This document shows, one piece after another, positions 17,964 to 27,910 of a stretch of DNA of 49,813 nucleotides. Origin of the DNA: Gemmatimonas sp. (GTDB lineage Bacteria; Gemmatimonadota; Gemmatimonadetes; Gemmatimonadales; Gemmatimonadaceae). Made by a program: the position numbers and the translations under genes. The notes under the pieces were generated by a model. That model was not told where the DNA came from and searched no databases. It saw only the letters and a program-made list of their open reading frames with translations. Position 1 is the first letter of the stretch, and each line of letters begins with the position of its first letter. The DNA is taken from NCBI GenBank assembly GCA_031414535.1, contig JANNVQ010000024.1, forward strand, positions 1 through 49,813, written 5' to 3'.

Positions 17964-19475
17964 ATGACGCAGCGCATCCGTACGCGGTTCGTGGTAATTG
18001 GCTCGGGCATTGCGGGCCTGCAGACGGCTTGGCGCGCCTCCGATCACGGCGATGTGGTGGTGCTTACCAAGCGCACCCTGCGCGACTCGGCTACCGCCTG
18101 GGCACAGGGCGGCATCGCCGCTGCGCTCGGTGCTGGTGATTCGCCGGAATTGCACCGCATTGATACGCTTGCCGCCGGTGCGGCGCTCTGCGATGCGGCC
18201 GCCGTGGAAGTATTGGTGGCCGAAGGCCCAGCGCGCGTGCGCGAGTTGGCGGACGCGGGCGCCGTGTTCGATACCGACGTGAGCGGCAAGTTCACCCTTG
18301 GGCGGGAAGCCGCGCATTCGCGCAAGCGCATCGTGCATGCCAAGGGCGATCAAACGGGCGCTGAGGTGTCGCGCGCGCTGATTCACCGCGTGTTGGAGCG
18401 GAAGAACATCACCGTGCTTGAGATGGCGCGCGCGCTTGATCTGGTGATTGTGAATGGTCGCTGCTGTGGCGTGCGGGCCAATGTTGGCGGCAAGGCCGTG
18501 GAGATTATTGCGGATGCCACGGTGATTTCTGCCGGTGGCTGTGGCCAGTTGTATCGCTACACCACGAACCCGCTTGTTGCGACCGGCGACGGCTATGCGA
18601 TTGCGCATCGTGCCGGTGCCAAGCTCGCCGATATGGAGTTTGTGCAGTTCCATCCCACGGCATTGGACACGCCGGAGAATCCGCTGGCCTTGATCTCGGA
18701 GGCCGTGCGCGGCGAGGGCGCGGTGCTGCTGAATGACCGCGGTGTCCGCTTCATGACCAAGAAGCACAAGCAGGCGGAACTCGCACCGCGTGACATCGTG
18801 GCGCGTGAGATCTACCGCGTGCAGATGTCGGGCAGTCGCGTATGGTTGGATGCCCGCAAGCTCTCGCGCACCTTCGCGCGGCGTTTTCCTGGGATCCTGC
18901 AACTCTGCTTGGCCCGTGGCATTGATCCGCGGCGCGATTTGATTCCGGTCACACCGGCGGCGCACTACATGATGGGTGGCATCGTGACGGATTTGGCTGG
19001 CCGCTCGAGCGTGGAACGACTCTACGCCTGCGGCGAGGTATCGCGCACGGGCGTGCACGGTGCGAATCGTCTGGCTTCGAATTCCCTGCTCGAAGGCTTG
19101 GTGTTTGCCGAGCGCGTGGCCAGAGATATGGTGAATCAGCCGCGCCTCCCCCGCGTGCCGCGGGCCACGAAGTTCGAGGTCCCGAGCCTCGGCGATCGCG
19201 GCGCCGCGCAGGTGGCCGCTGACGAGATTCGGCAGCTGATGTGGACGCACGTGAGCATTGATCGCAATGCCAAGGGTTTGCGTGAAGCCCGGAAGACCCT
19301 CGATGCCATCCGCTCGCGGCTCGCGCCAGGTGCCACCGAGGAAGTGAATATGGCCGAGACGGCCCGGATGATCGTGGACGCCGCGCTCCTGCGTCGCGAG
19401 TCCCGCGGTGGGCACTTCCGCAGCGATTTCCCCAAGCCCAAGAACAAGTGGCGGGGGCGGCACATCGAGTGGTAG
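17964..19475 (+). CDS. nadB: L-aspartate oxidase
   Basis: IGSGIAGL, WAQGGIAA, QFHPT, LISEAVRGEG, ELAPRDIVAR, GVHGANRLASNSLLE, ESRGGHFR. Confidence 0.95.
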   Translation: MTQRIRTRFVVIGSGIAGLQTAWRASDHGDVVVLTKRTLRDSATAWAQGGIAAALGAGDSPELHRIDTLAAGAALCDAAAVEVLVAEGPARVRELADAGAVFDTDVSGKFTLGREAAHSRKRIVHAKGDQTGAEVSRALIHRVLERKNITVLEMARALDLVIVNGRCCGVRANVGGKAVEIIADATVISAGGCGQLYRYTTNPLVATGDGYAIAHRAGAKLADMEFVQFHPTALDTPENPLALISEAVRGEGAVLLNDRGVRFMTKKHKQAELAPRDIVAREIYRVQMSGSRVWLDARKLSRTFARRFPGILQLCLARGIDPRRDLIPVTPAAHYMMGGIVTDLAGRSSVERLYACGEVSRTGVHGANRLASNSLLEGLVFAERVARDMVNQPRLPRVPRATKFEVPSLGDRGAAQVAADEIRQLMWTHVSIDRNAKGLREARKTLDAIRSRLAPGATEEVNMAETARMIVDAALLRRESRGGHFRSDFPKPKNKWRGRHIEW

Positions 19476-19494
19476 GACGAGGCTAGATTTCGTC

Positions 19495-20505
19495 ATGGCT
19501 CAGACTGCTGACCGCGAGACCGCAGAGCTCCAGCGCCGCATCAAGGCGCTCGCTAAGGAGCGCAATGCCGTCATCCTCGCGCACAACTACGAGCGTCCTG
19601 AAGTGCAGGACGTTGCCGATTACGTTGGCGATTCGCTCGGACTTTCCCGCGAAGCTGCCAAGACCGACGCACAAGTGATTGTGTTCTGCGGCGTACACTT
19701 CATGGCCGAGACCGCCGCGATTCTTTCCCCGAGCAAGACCGTACTGCTGCCGGACCTCGCTGCAGGGTGTTCGCTCGCGAGCACGATTGACGCCGAGCAA
19801 TTGCGCACTTGGAAAGCTGAGCATCCGGGCGCAGTCGTGGTGGCCTACGTGAACACCACCGCCGAAGTAAAAGCCGAGAGCGACTACTGCTGTACCTCGG
19901 GCAACGCGGTAGAAGTGGTGAACGCGATTCCTGCCGACAAGGAGATTCTGTTTCTCCCCGACATGTTCCTCGGCGCGCATGTGCGGCGCGTGACGGGCCG
20001 CAACAACATTCACGTGTGGATGGGTGAGTGCCATGTGCACGCGGGCATTGATCCTGAGAACATCCGCTTGCAGCGGAAGTTGCATCCCGAAGCCGAGTTC
20101 CTGATTCACCCCGAGTGCGGTTGTGCGACGAGCGTCGTGGAAGCCATCAGCGCCGGCGATGTGGATCCTGAGGGCGCGCACATCCTTTCTACCGAAGGAA
20201 TGATCAAGCGCCCCGGCGAGTCGAGCGCCAAGAGCTTCATCGTCGCGACGGAAGTGGGCATCCTGCACCGGCTCGAGAAGGCGTATCCGGGTAAGAGGTT
20301 CTACGCGGCTAACGAGCGCGCCTCCTGCGCATACATGAAGGTGACGACGCTACCCAAGGTACTCGCGGCGCTCGAGAACCTGACGCATCGGATTACCGTG
20401 CCGCCTGACGTCGCGGCGCGCGCCAAGCTGGCGATCGAGCGCATGGTAAGCATCGGTGGGACCAATCCTACGCCGCCGGGACCGGGCGTGGATCCCGGAG
20501 AGTGA
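19495..20505 (+). CDS. nadA: Quinolinate synthase
   Basis: ILAHNY, GDSLGL, FCGVHFMAETA, AGCSLA, YVNT, HPEC, CAYMK; ATG at 19495. Confidence 0.95.
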   Translation: MAQTADRETAELQRRIKALAKERNAVILAHNYERPEVQDVADYVGDSLGLSREAAKTDAQVIVFCGVHFMAETAAILSPSKTVLLPDLAAGCSLASTIDAEQLRTWKAEHPGAVVVAYVNTTAEVKAESDYCCTSGNAVEVVNAIPADKEILFLPDMFLGAHVRRVTGRNNIHVWMGECHVHAGIDPENIRLQRKLHPEAEFLIHPECGCATSVVEAISAGDVDPEGAHILSTEGMIKRPGESSAKSFIVATEVGILHRLEKAYPGKRFYAANERASCAYMKVTTLPKVLAALENLTHRITVPPDVAARAKLAIERMVSIGGTNPTPPGPGVDPGE

Positions 20506-21368
20506 GCGTGCCGAGCGCGGCGCAGGATTTTCCGCTGCACGATGGCGCCGTAATCGCGCTTGTGCGCGCCGCGCTGGAGGAGGACAGGGCCTTTGAGGAT
20601 GTCACGACCCTCGCGACCGTCACACCCGGCCACCGCGCGCGCGCCGATTTTGTGGCGCGGCACGACGGTGTGCTTGCCGGACTCCCGCTGGCCATCGCCG
20701 CGTTCCGGCTTCTCGATGCGCACGTAGACATCCGCGTGGACGCCCAAGACGGTGCAGCAATCACGAAGGGGCAGACTCTCTTGCATCTCTCTGGCTCGGC
20801 GCGCGGGCTCCTCTCCGCAGAACGAGTGGCGTTGAATTTTGCGCAGCGGCTGTCTGGCGTAGCTACGATGACCGCTCGCTACGTAGCATTGGTGCAGGGC
20901 ACGTCGGCCAAGATTCTCGACACGCGGAAGACCACCCCCGGCTGGCGCGCGCTGGAGAAGTACGCCGTGCGTTGCGGCGGCGGCACCAATCATCGGGCAA
21001 CGCTGGCCGACGCGGTGCTCATCAAGGACAATCACCTCGCCGCCTGTGGCGGGGACGTGGCTGTGGCTATTCGCCGCGCACGGGAGTTTGCTCCGTCAGG
21101 AATGCTGGTGCAGGTGGAGTGCGACACGATTGCTCAGGTGCGGGCGGCCCTAGGGGCCGGCGCCGGGGCGCTGCTGTTGGACAACATGCCGAACCACGCG
21201 CTGCGCGAATGCGTTGATTTGGCCAAGGGCCGAGCCTGGACCGAGGCCTCGGGAGGCGTATCGCTGGAAACGGTCCGTGGCATCGCGGAGACGGGTGTAG
21301 ATCGTATCTCGATCGGCGCGCTCACCCATAGTGCGGCTTCGTTGGATCTGGCGCTCGACTTCGAATAA
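20502..21368 (+). CDS. nadC: Nicotinate-nucleotide diphosphorylase (carboxylating)
   Basis: ERVALN, DTRKTTPG, NHR, LIKDNH, LLDNM, EASGG, ISIGALTH. Confidence 0.95.
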   Translation: MSVPSAAQDFPLHDGAVIALVRAALEEDRAFEDVTTLATVTPGHRARADFVARHDGVLAGLPLAIAAFRLLDAHVDIRVDAQDGAAITKGQTLLHLSGSARGLLSAERVALNFAQRLSGVATMTARYVALVQGTSAKILDTRKTTPGWRALEKYAVRCGGGTNHRATLADAVLIKDNHLAACGGDVAVAIRRAREFAPSGMLVQVECDTIAQVRAALGAGAGALLLDNMPNHALRECVDLAKGRAWTEASGGVSLETVRGIAETGVDRISIGALTHSAASLDLALDFE

Positions 21369-21554
21369 AGAGCGAAGAGCGACAGAAGAAAATCGAAGCG
21401 TGAAGAACGAAGAACGAAGAGCGAAGAACGAAGAGCGAGCGGAGAAGATGCGAAGCTCGAAGTCTTCCCCGTCTTCCCCTTCGTCCCTTCGTCCCTTCAC
21501 CCCTCGCGCTTCACTACTTCGCTCTTCTCTTTCGCTCTTCGCTCCTCGCTCCTC
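21367..21554. repeat. Heptamer tandem repeats (GAAGAAC/GAAGAGC) with inverted copies (GCTCTTC/GCTCCTC) between nadC and cydA
   Basis: Five tandem units at 21402-21436; inverted units at 21521-21527 and 21534-21554. Confidence 0.8.
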
Positions 21555-21555
21555 C

Positions 21556-22875
21556 ATGACTGATCTTCTTGCGGCACGCACCCAAATGGCCCTTTCCTTG
21601 GGCTTTCACATCATCTTCGCGGTGATCGGCATTGGCATGCCCGCCCTGATGGTGCTTGCGGAGCGGAAGTGGCTCAAGACCGGCGATCCGGTGTGGCTGG
21701 ACCTCGCGAAGCGTTGGAGTAAGGGCACGGCCATCCTCTTCGCTGTCGGCGCCGTGAGCGGCACGGTGCTCTCCTTCGAGCTCGGCCTTCTTTGGCCGAA
21801 GTTCATGGAGTACGCGGGGCCGATCATCGGCATGCCCTTCTCGCTCGAAGGTTTTGCGTTCTTCACCGAGGCCATCTTCCTCGGCATCTACTTGTACGGA
21901 TGGACCAAACTTTCGTCGCGTGCCCATTGGTGGGCGGGTGTGGCGGTCGCGGTGAGTGGCACGGTATCCGGCATCTTCGTAGTGTTTGCGAATGCTTGGA
22001 TGAATGCGCCGACCGGTTTCGAAATCGTGAACGGCAAGCCGACAAACATTGATCCAATCGCGGCGATGTTGAACCCGGCGGCGTTCCATCAGACCCTGCA
22101 CATGACAATCGCCGCGTTCGCCACGACGGGCATCGCAGTGGCGGGTATTCACGCCTGGATGTTGCGCAAGAATCCGCGGGACCATTTTCACCGTTCGGCG
22201 CTACACATCGCGTTGTTGGTGGCAATCCCGGCCAGCCTGCTTCAGCCGCTGAGCGGCGACATCAGTGCCAAGTTCGTGGCGAAGTGGCAGCCGGCGAAGC
22301 TCGCTGCGATGGAAGGCCAGTTTGAGACGGAGCGCGGTGCGCCACTGCGCATCGGTGGCATTCCCAACGAAACGACGCGCGAGACCAAGTATGCGCTCGA
22401 GATTCCGAAGGCACTGTCCTTTCTCGCGTTCGCGGACTTGAACGCCGAAGTGAAGGGGCTCGATGCCTTCCCTGAGGAAGAGTGGCCTCCGGTGGCGATC
22501 ACGCATTTTGCGTTTCAGATCATGATTGGGCTCGGCAGCCTGATGATGCTGGCCTGCCTCTGGGTGCTCTTGCTCTGGTGGCGCAAGCGTGAGGTCGCCG
22601 AGTCGAGACCGCTGTTGACGTTTCTGGCGCTGCTGACGCCCGCGGGCTTCATTGCGGTCGAGGCTGGTTGGATTGTGACGGAGGTGGGCCGGCAGCCCTG
22701 GATTGTGTACGGCTTCATGCGCACCAAGGATGCACTGACGCCGATGCCAGGCTTGGTGATTCCGCTCGTTGGCATCTCGCTGTTGTATCTCTTTCTCGGC
22801 GTGGTGGTGGTCTACCTGTTGCACGCGCAGATCTTCAAGACCAAGCCGATGACCGAGGAGATGCGCACACCGTGA
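21556..22875 (+). CDS. cydA: Cytochrome bd ubiquinol oxidase subunit I
   Basis: ARTQMALSLGFHIIF, GAVSGTVLSFELG, EGFAFFTEA, QPAKLAAMEG, GWIVTEVGRQPW. Confidence 0.95.
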   Translation: MTDLLAARTQMALSLGFHIIFAVIGIGMPALMVLAERKWLKTGDPVWLDLAKRWSKGTAILFAVGAVSGTVLSFELGLLWPKFMEYAGPIIGMPFSLEGFAFFTEAIFLGIYLYGWTKLSSRAHWWAGVAVAVSGTVSGIFVVFANAWMNAPTGFEIVNGKPTNIDPIAAMLNPAAFHQTLHMTIAAFATTGIAVAGIHAWMLRKNPRDHFHRSALHIALLVAIPASLLQPLSGDISAKFVAKWQPAKLAAMEGQFETERGAPLRIGGIPNETTRETKYALEIPKALSFLAFADLNAEVKGLDAFPEEEWPPVAITHFAFQIMIGLGSLMMLACLWVLLLWWRKREVAESRPLLTFLALLTPAGFIAVEAGWIVTEVGRQPWIVYGFMRTKDALTPMPGLVIPLVGISLLYLFLGVVVVYLLHAQIFKTKPMTEEMRTP

Positions 22876-23921
22876 CGCTCGCCTACCTGCTCGCCGGGGT
22901 GACGATGGTGGCCTTGAACGCCTACGTGCTCTTGGGCGGCGCGGACTTTGGTGCGGGCGTGTGGGATCTCTTGGCGCGTGGACCTCGTGCCGCACGGCAG
23001 CGGGCGGCGATTGAGCAAGGAATCGGGCCGATTTGGGAAGCCAATCACGTGTGGGTGATTCTCGTGGTGGTCTTGCTGTTCACCTGCTTTCCGCCCGTGT
23101 ACGCGCATCTCTCGGTGGCGCTGCACATCCCCATCAGCGTGATGCTCGTTGGCATCGTCTTGCGTGGTTCGGCGTTCACGTTCCGCGCCTACGATTCCAC
23201 GAACTCGCCGGTGCAGAAGTACTGGGGCCGCATCTTTTCCATTTCGAGTACTATTACACCGGTCGTGCTAGGCGTTTGTGTGGGTTCGTTGGTGAGCGGC
23301 GCCTTGGCGCTCCCGGTGAACGCGAGCTTTGCGGCCACCTACGTGATGCCATGGTTGACGCCCTTCGCCTTCGCCGTGGGATTTCTGACGCTGGCGGTAT
23401 TCGCGTTCCTCGCCGCCGTGTATCTCACAGTGGAAGTGAAGGAGCCCGAGTTGCAGGAGGACTTCCGCCGTATGGCCTTGGGTGCCGCGGTGGCCGTCGG
23501 TATCTGTGCCGGTGCGGCATTGTTTCTCGGCCGTGCATCCAAGCTTGGTGTGACCGAGGCGCTACTCACGCGGGCTTGGGCGGTTCCGTTCCAACTCTTC
23601 ACCGCCGCCACGGCGATTACGACTATCGTGGCCCTGCTGCGACGTCGCTATGCCTTGGCCCGACTGGCCGCAGGCGCACAGGTGAGCGCGCTGATGTGGG
23701 GCTGGGCCGGCGCGCAATTTCCAGCGCTGGTGCCTGGCGTGCACACGATTGAGAGTGCGGCGGCTCCGTTTATCACACTCAAGCTTGTCTCGCTCGGATT
23801 GCTCGGTGGCGCGGTGGTCTTGGTGCCTTCGCTTTGGTACCTCTTCCGCGTGTTCAAGTCCGATACCCTAAGCGCGTTTGAGCGCGTGGACACCGCGGAG
23901 TATCGAGGCCCCAAGCACTAG
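22872..23921 (+). CDS. cydB: Cytochrome bd ubiquinol oxidase subunit II
   Basis: GTG overlaps the cydA stop; YVLLGGADFGAG, GPIWEANHVW, LRGSAFTFR. Confidence 0.93.
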   Translation: MTLAYLLAGVTMVALNAYVLLGGADFGAGVWDLLARGPRAARQRAAIEQGIGPIWEANHVWVILVVVLLFTCFPPVYAHLSVALHIPISVMLVGIVLRGSAFTFRAYDSTNSPVQKYWGRIFSISSTITPVVLGVCVGSLVSGALALPVNASFAATYVMPWLTPFAFAVGFLTLAVFAFLAAVYLTVEVKEPELQEDFRRMALGAAVAVGICAGAALFLGRASKLGVTEALLTRAWAVPFQLFTAATAITTIVALLRRRYALARLAAGAQVSALMWGWAGAQFPALVPGVHTIESAAAPFITLKLVSLGLLGGAVVLVPSLWYLFRVFKSDTLSAFERVDTAEYRGPKH

Positions 23922-23972
23922 GGCGGGCGCGGTTATCTTTCAGCAGACTATCCTCTGCCTTCATCTGCCCAC

Positions 23973-24857
23973 GTGCCCAGCGCCTTCGTAGCCCTGCAGT
24001 ATCTGTATCCTAAGCAGCTTATCACGGAGCTTGCTGGTCGCTTCGCGTCAGCGAAGCTCGGGGGCCTCACGAGCTCGGCGATTACGTGGTTCGCGGGACG
24101 GTACGGCGTGAACATGGCAGAGGCGGCGAACCCAGACCTCACGAGTTACAGCAGCTTCAACGAGTTCTTCACGCGTAGCCTGAAGGACGGCGCGCGTCCG
24201 CTGGCCGAAGCTGATCTCATTTGCCCCGTGGACGGCGCCATCAGCGTGGTTGGCGCACTTGTCGGTGCAGTGGCCGGCGCATCTGGTGGCGCAAGAGCTG
24301 GCGATCGGCTCGTGCAGGCCAAGGGCCACAGCTACACGACGACGGCACTCGTTGGCGGCGACGCCGAGATGGCGAAGCGATTTGCCGGCGGCAGTTTCGC
24401 GACCATCTACCTCAGTCCGCGCGACTATCATCGAATCCATATGCCCTGCGCGGGGCGGCTCGTGCGAATGATCCACGTACCTGGTGATCTCTTCAGCGTG
24501 AATCCGGCGACGGTCGCCGGCGTACCCGGACTCTTTGCGCGCAACGAGCGCGTGGTCTGCCTGTTTGAAGGCGAGCGCGGGCCGTTCGTGATGGTGCTTG
24601 TGGGTGCGACCATCGTCGGCTCCATGGCCACGGTGTGGCATGGTGTGGTGAATCCGCCCCGACCGGGAGTCGTGCGGCACTGGGACTACCCGCAAGACGG
24701 CGCAGCCGCGGTGTATCTCGCCAAGGGTGCGGAGATGGGACGCTTTCTGCTCGGCTCAACGGTGGTGATGCTATTTCCGGCGCCCGGTGTGGCGTTTGAG
24801 CGTGATTGGGCGCCGGCGCGGCCAGTGCGTATGGGTGAGGCGATGGGGTCGCGTTGA
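23973..24857 (+). CDS. psd: Phosphatidylserine decarboxylase proenzyme
   Basis: FNEFFTR, PVDG, QAKG, YLSPRDYHRIHMP, RNER, VGATIVGS, autocleavage motif LGST. Confidence 0.92.
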   Translation: MPSAFVALQYLYPKQLITELAGRFASAKLGGLTSSAITWFAGRYGVNMAEAANPDLTSYSSFNEFFTRSLKDGARPLAEADLICPVDGAISVVGALVGAVAGASGGARAGDRLVQAKGHSYTTTALVGGDAEMAKRFAGGSFATIYLSPRDYHRIHMPCAGRLVRMIHVPGDLFSVNPATVAGVPGLFARNERVVCLFEGERGPFVMVLVGATIVGSMATVWHGVVNPPRPGVVRHWDYPQDGAAAVYLAKGAEMGRFLLGSTVVMLFPAPGVAFERDWAPARPVRMGEAMGSR

Positions 24858-26368
24858 TGCCTGACACGGCCACGCTTCGTCGCCACACGCGCGCCATCAT
24901 CCTAGGTGCAACGGCCCTGCGACTGCTCCTCGCAGCCGTGCTGCCGCTCGTGGCCGACGAAGCCTACTACTGGGAGTGGTCGCGGCGTCTCGCCTTTGGC
25001 TACTTCGATCATCCGCCAGTAATTGCGTGGCTGATTGCAAGTGGCACCGCAATCTTTGGCGACTCAACGCTCGGTGTGCGCTTCCTCCCCGTGCTCTGCG
25101 GAGCGGTCGCGGCATTCGCTTTGGCTGACGCGGCAGAACGTCTCGCCGGTGCCTCCGCCGCGAGGTTCGCCGCGCTGTTGCTGGCGGTGACGCCGTTCAC
25201 GGTGAGTTTCGTGCTCGCAACGCCCGATGCGCCCTTGCTCGCTGCCGTCGCGATGACCTTTGCCGCCCTCGCGCGCGCCGCTGACCCCGCGGCATCGGCG
25301 CGCGAGTCCTTGCTCGCGTGGACGGCCGCCGGCGTCGCGATTGGCTTGGGAATGGCCTCGAAGTTCACGGCCGTGCTCGTGCCGATGGGAGCAACGTTGG
25401 CTATCGTCGTGCATCCGACGCTCCGGCAGCATCTGCGCAAGCCTGGTCCATACGTCGCGGTGTTCGTCGCCTCGCTCGTGATGCTGCCCGTGCTGTTGTG
25501 GAACGCCAATCATGAGTGGATTGCCTTTCGCTTCCAACTCGGCCACGGACTTGGCGCACCGGCAAGTGGCAGTTGGTGGATGCGCGAGCTTGAGTTGATT
25601 GGCGGGCAAGCAGGCTTGGCCACGCCCATCCTATTTGTGCTGCTCCTCGCTGCCATACGGCGAAACATCGAACCCAAGCTCGGCGCGCAGAGATTCCTGC
25701 TCGCGTTCACCGCGATGTTCTGTTTGGGCTTCTTCGTCTACAGCGCGACGCGTCGCGGTGTGGAAGCCAACTGGCCGGCCATCGGCTGGATGCCTGCACT
25801 CATCTTGCTCGCCTCTGCGAGCGCCGCCGCTCGCACGGCTTGGGAACGGCGCGCGCTCTGGTTGTCGGGATCGCTCACGGCGCTTGCGCTCGCGCACGTC
25901 TCGGTGCCCTTCCTGCCGATTCCCGCGCGCAAGGATCCCGCCGCACGACTGCGCGGCTGGGAGTCGCTCGCAGGCGCCGTGCGCAACAAAGGCAATGCGG
26001 AGGCGCCCGGCACACGTTTCGTTGCGGCCGCGCGCTATCAAGAGGCGGCCTTCATTGCGTGGCACGACTCCGCGCACCAAGAAGTAAGCGCAGTGAATCT
26101 CCTCAGCCGTCGCAACCAGTATGACATCTGGCCACGCTTTCAGGATCGTGCGAAGGTGGGCGCCACACTCGTGCTCGTTGTTCCCGACACATCCGCTGCT
26201 CCGGCTCTTGTAGATTCGCTGCGCCAACACTTCGCTGACGCGACGCCGGGTCCGCTCGTCGCCGTGGTGTACCGCGGTGATACGCTGACCATGCGCCGTC
26301 CGTGGACGCTCTCCGGCTGGCGTGGAACGTGGCCGGATGATCCCAACGATCCCATCACTCGCAAATGA
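24857..26368 (+). CDS. ArnT/PMT-like (GT-C fold) membrane glycosyltransferase
   Basis: DEAYYWEWS, GYFDHPP, TPDAP, SKFT; multiple TM helices. Confidence 0.85.
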   Translation: MPDTATLRRHTRAIILGATALRLLLAAVLPLVADEAYYWEWSRRLAFGYFDHPPVIAWLIASGTAIFGDSTLGVRFLPVLCGAVAAFALADAAERLAGASAARFAALLLAVTPFTVSFVLATPDAPLLAAVAMTFAALARAADPAASARESLLAWTAAGVAIGLGMASKFTAVLVPMGATLAIVVHPTLRQHLRKPGPYVAVFVASLVMLPVLLWNANHEWIAFRFQLGHGLGAPASGSWWMRELELIGGQAGLATPILFVLLLAAIRRNIEPKLGAQRFLLAFTAMFCLGFFVYSATRRGVEANWPAIGWMPALILLASASAAARTAWERRALWLSGSLTALALAHVSVPFLPIPARKDPAARLRGWESLAGAVRNKGNAEAPGTRFVAAARYQEAAFIAWHDSAHQEVSAVNLLSRRNQYDIWPRFQDRAKVGATLVLVVPDTSAAPALVDSLRQHFADATPGPLVAVVYRGDTLTMRRPWTLSGWRGTWPDDPNDPITRK

Positions 26369-27750
26369 TCTCCAAAGCCAAGCTGGATCCGGCACTCGGT
26401 TCGTGGTTGGACGCAAACGACCAGCGTCTGCACGACGACCTCTTCGCCTTCCTGCGCATTCCCAGCGTGAGTGCACGTTCCGAACACGCCAAGGATGTGC
26501 GCGCCGCCGCCGATTGGCTGCACAAGGAGTGTGCTCGCATCGGTATGACGGTGGAGACGCTCGAGACGCCGGGCCACCCGATTGTGCTCGCCGAGTGGCG
26601 AAACGCCGGGCCTGACGCCCAGACGATTCTGGTGTACGGCCACTACGATGTGCAGCCGGCCGAGCCGCTGGAACTCTGGACCTCACCGGCGTTTGAACCG
26701 ACGATTCGCGATGGCAAGATCTACGCGCGCGGAAGCGTGGACGATAAGGGTCAGCTGTGGCTGCACATCGCCGCACTCGAAGCGCATCTCGCCACGCGCG
26801 GTTCGCTGCCGGTGAATATCATCGTACTCGCGGAAGGCGAAGAGGAAGTCGGTTCGGAGAACCTTGCCACGTTCGTTGCGGCCCACCGCGAGCGCCTTGC
26901 CTGTGATGCCGTGGTGATTTCTGATAGCACAATGTTCGCGCCGGGCATTCCAAGCATCCTTAGTTCACTGCGTGGGCTCGCCTATCTGCAGGTGGATGTC
27001 ACCGGCCCGAACTCAGACCTGCACTCCGGCATGTACGGCGGTGCGGTAGTGAATCCGGCCACCGCACTCGCGCGCATCATCGCCAGCTTCCACGATGCCG
27101 AAGGCCGCATTGCCATCCCAGGCTTCTACGAGAAGGTCCGCCCCTTCCCCGACGCCGTGCGCGCCGGCATGCGCGAGTTGCCCTTCGATGAAACGGAATT
27201 CAAGAAGCATCTCGATGTGAATGCGCTCGGTGGCGAACCGGGCTACACCACGCTTGAGAAGCTCTGGACACGTCCCACCTGCGAAGTGAACGGCTTACTC
27301 AGCGGTTACACGGGCGAGGGCGCGAAGACGGTTCTCCCTGGCCACGCGATGCTCAAGGTGAGCTTTCGCCTCGTGCCGGATCAAGATCCCAAGGAGATCG
27401 CGAAGCTGGTCGAGAAGCACATACAATCGGTGGCGCCAGCAGGCATCACCGTGAAGGTGACCGAGTTGCACGGCGGTCACGCTTGGCGCGCCGATCTCGA
27501 TGGCCCGCTCTACGATGCCGCGTCACGCGCATTGGAATCGGCATTCGGCCGCGCGCCGGTCATCATTGGCGAGGGCGGTTCAATTCCCGTGGTGAACGAC
27601 TTTGCGAAGATTCTGAACGCGCCGGTGTTGCTCATTGGCTTCGGACTCCCGGGCGAGAATGCGCATGCCCCGGACGAATGGATCAGCCAGGAGAACTTTC
27701 GGAAGGGGATGCGGGCGGTGGCGGCGTTGTGGGATGAACTGGGGCGATGA
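26365..27750 (+). CDS. M20 family dipeptidase
   Basis: YGHYDVQP, ARGSVDDKGQ, EGEEEVGS, DLHSG, GGSIP, HAPDE. Confidence 0.9.
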   Translation: MISKAKLDPALGSWLDANDQRLHDDLFAFLRIPSVSARSEHAKDVRAAADWLHKECARIGMTVETLETPGHPIVLAEWRNAGPDAQTILVYGHYDVQPAEPLELWTSPAFEPTIRDGKIYARGSVDDKGQLWLHIAALEAHLATRGSLPVNIIVLAEGEEEVGSENLATFVAAHRERLACDAVVISDSTMFAPGIPSILSSLRGLAYLQVDVTGPNSDLHSGMYGGAVVNPATALARIIASFHDAEGRIAIPGFYEKVRPFPDAVRAGMRELPFDETEFKKHLDVNALGGEPGYTTLEKLWTRPTCEVNGLLSGYTGEGAKTVLPGHAMLKVSFRLVPDQDPKEIAKLVEKHIQSVAPAGITVKVTELHGGHAWRADLDGPLYDAASRALESAFGRAPVIIGEGGSIPVVNDFAKILNAPVLLIGFGLPGENAHAPDEWISQENFRKGMRAVAALWDELGR

Positions 27751-27751
27751 A

Positions 27752-27906
27752 AACTGGACGGATGACGGATGACGGATGACGGATGACGGATGACGGATGA
27801 CGGATGACGGATGACGGAAGCGAAAGACAGCGGCGGCGCAATCTCTGAAGATCGCGCCGCCGTTGCAGTTAGCACTTCTCATCCGTCATCCGTCTTCCGT
27901 CCAGTT
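27752..27906. repeat. GACGGAT heptamer inverted-repeat cassette with inner hairpin, between convergent genes
   Basis: AACTG + 9 units (27757-27819); inner stem CAGCGGCGGCGC...GCGCCGCCGTTG (27828-27865); 3 inverted units + CAGTT (27881-27906). Confidence 0.92.
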
Positions 27907-27910
27907 GACC

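Noticed and set aside
21331..21555. 75-aa N-terminal extension of CydA in the ORF track
   Set aside because: It reads through the repeat spacer; CydA similarity starts at the ATG at 21556. Extensions on the PIG-L, MlaD, NadA, CydB and CoA-transferase ORFs were trimmed likewise.
27757..27819. Tandem GACGGAT tracts (also 36681-36769 and 21402-21436) as CRISPR arrays
   Set aside because: 7-bp units with no unique spacers and no cas genes in the window.
27510..27882. ORFs encoding (VIRHPSS)n repeats, also 36448-36750
   Set aside because: Translation artefacts of the non-coding heptamer repeats, overlapping real genes.
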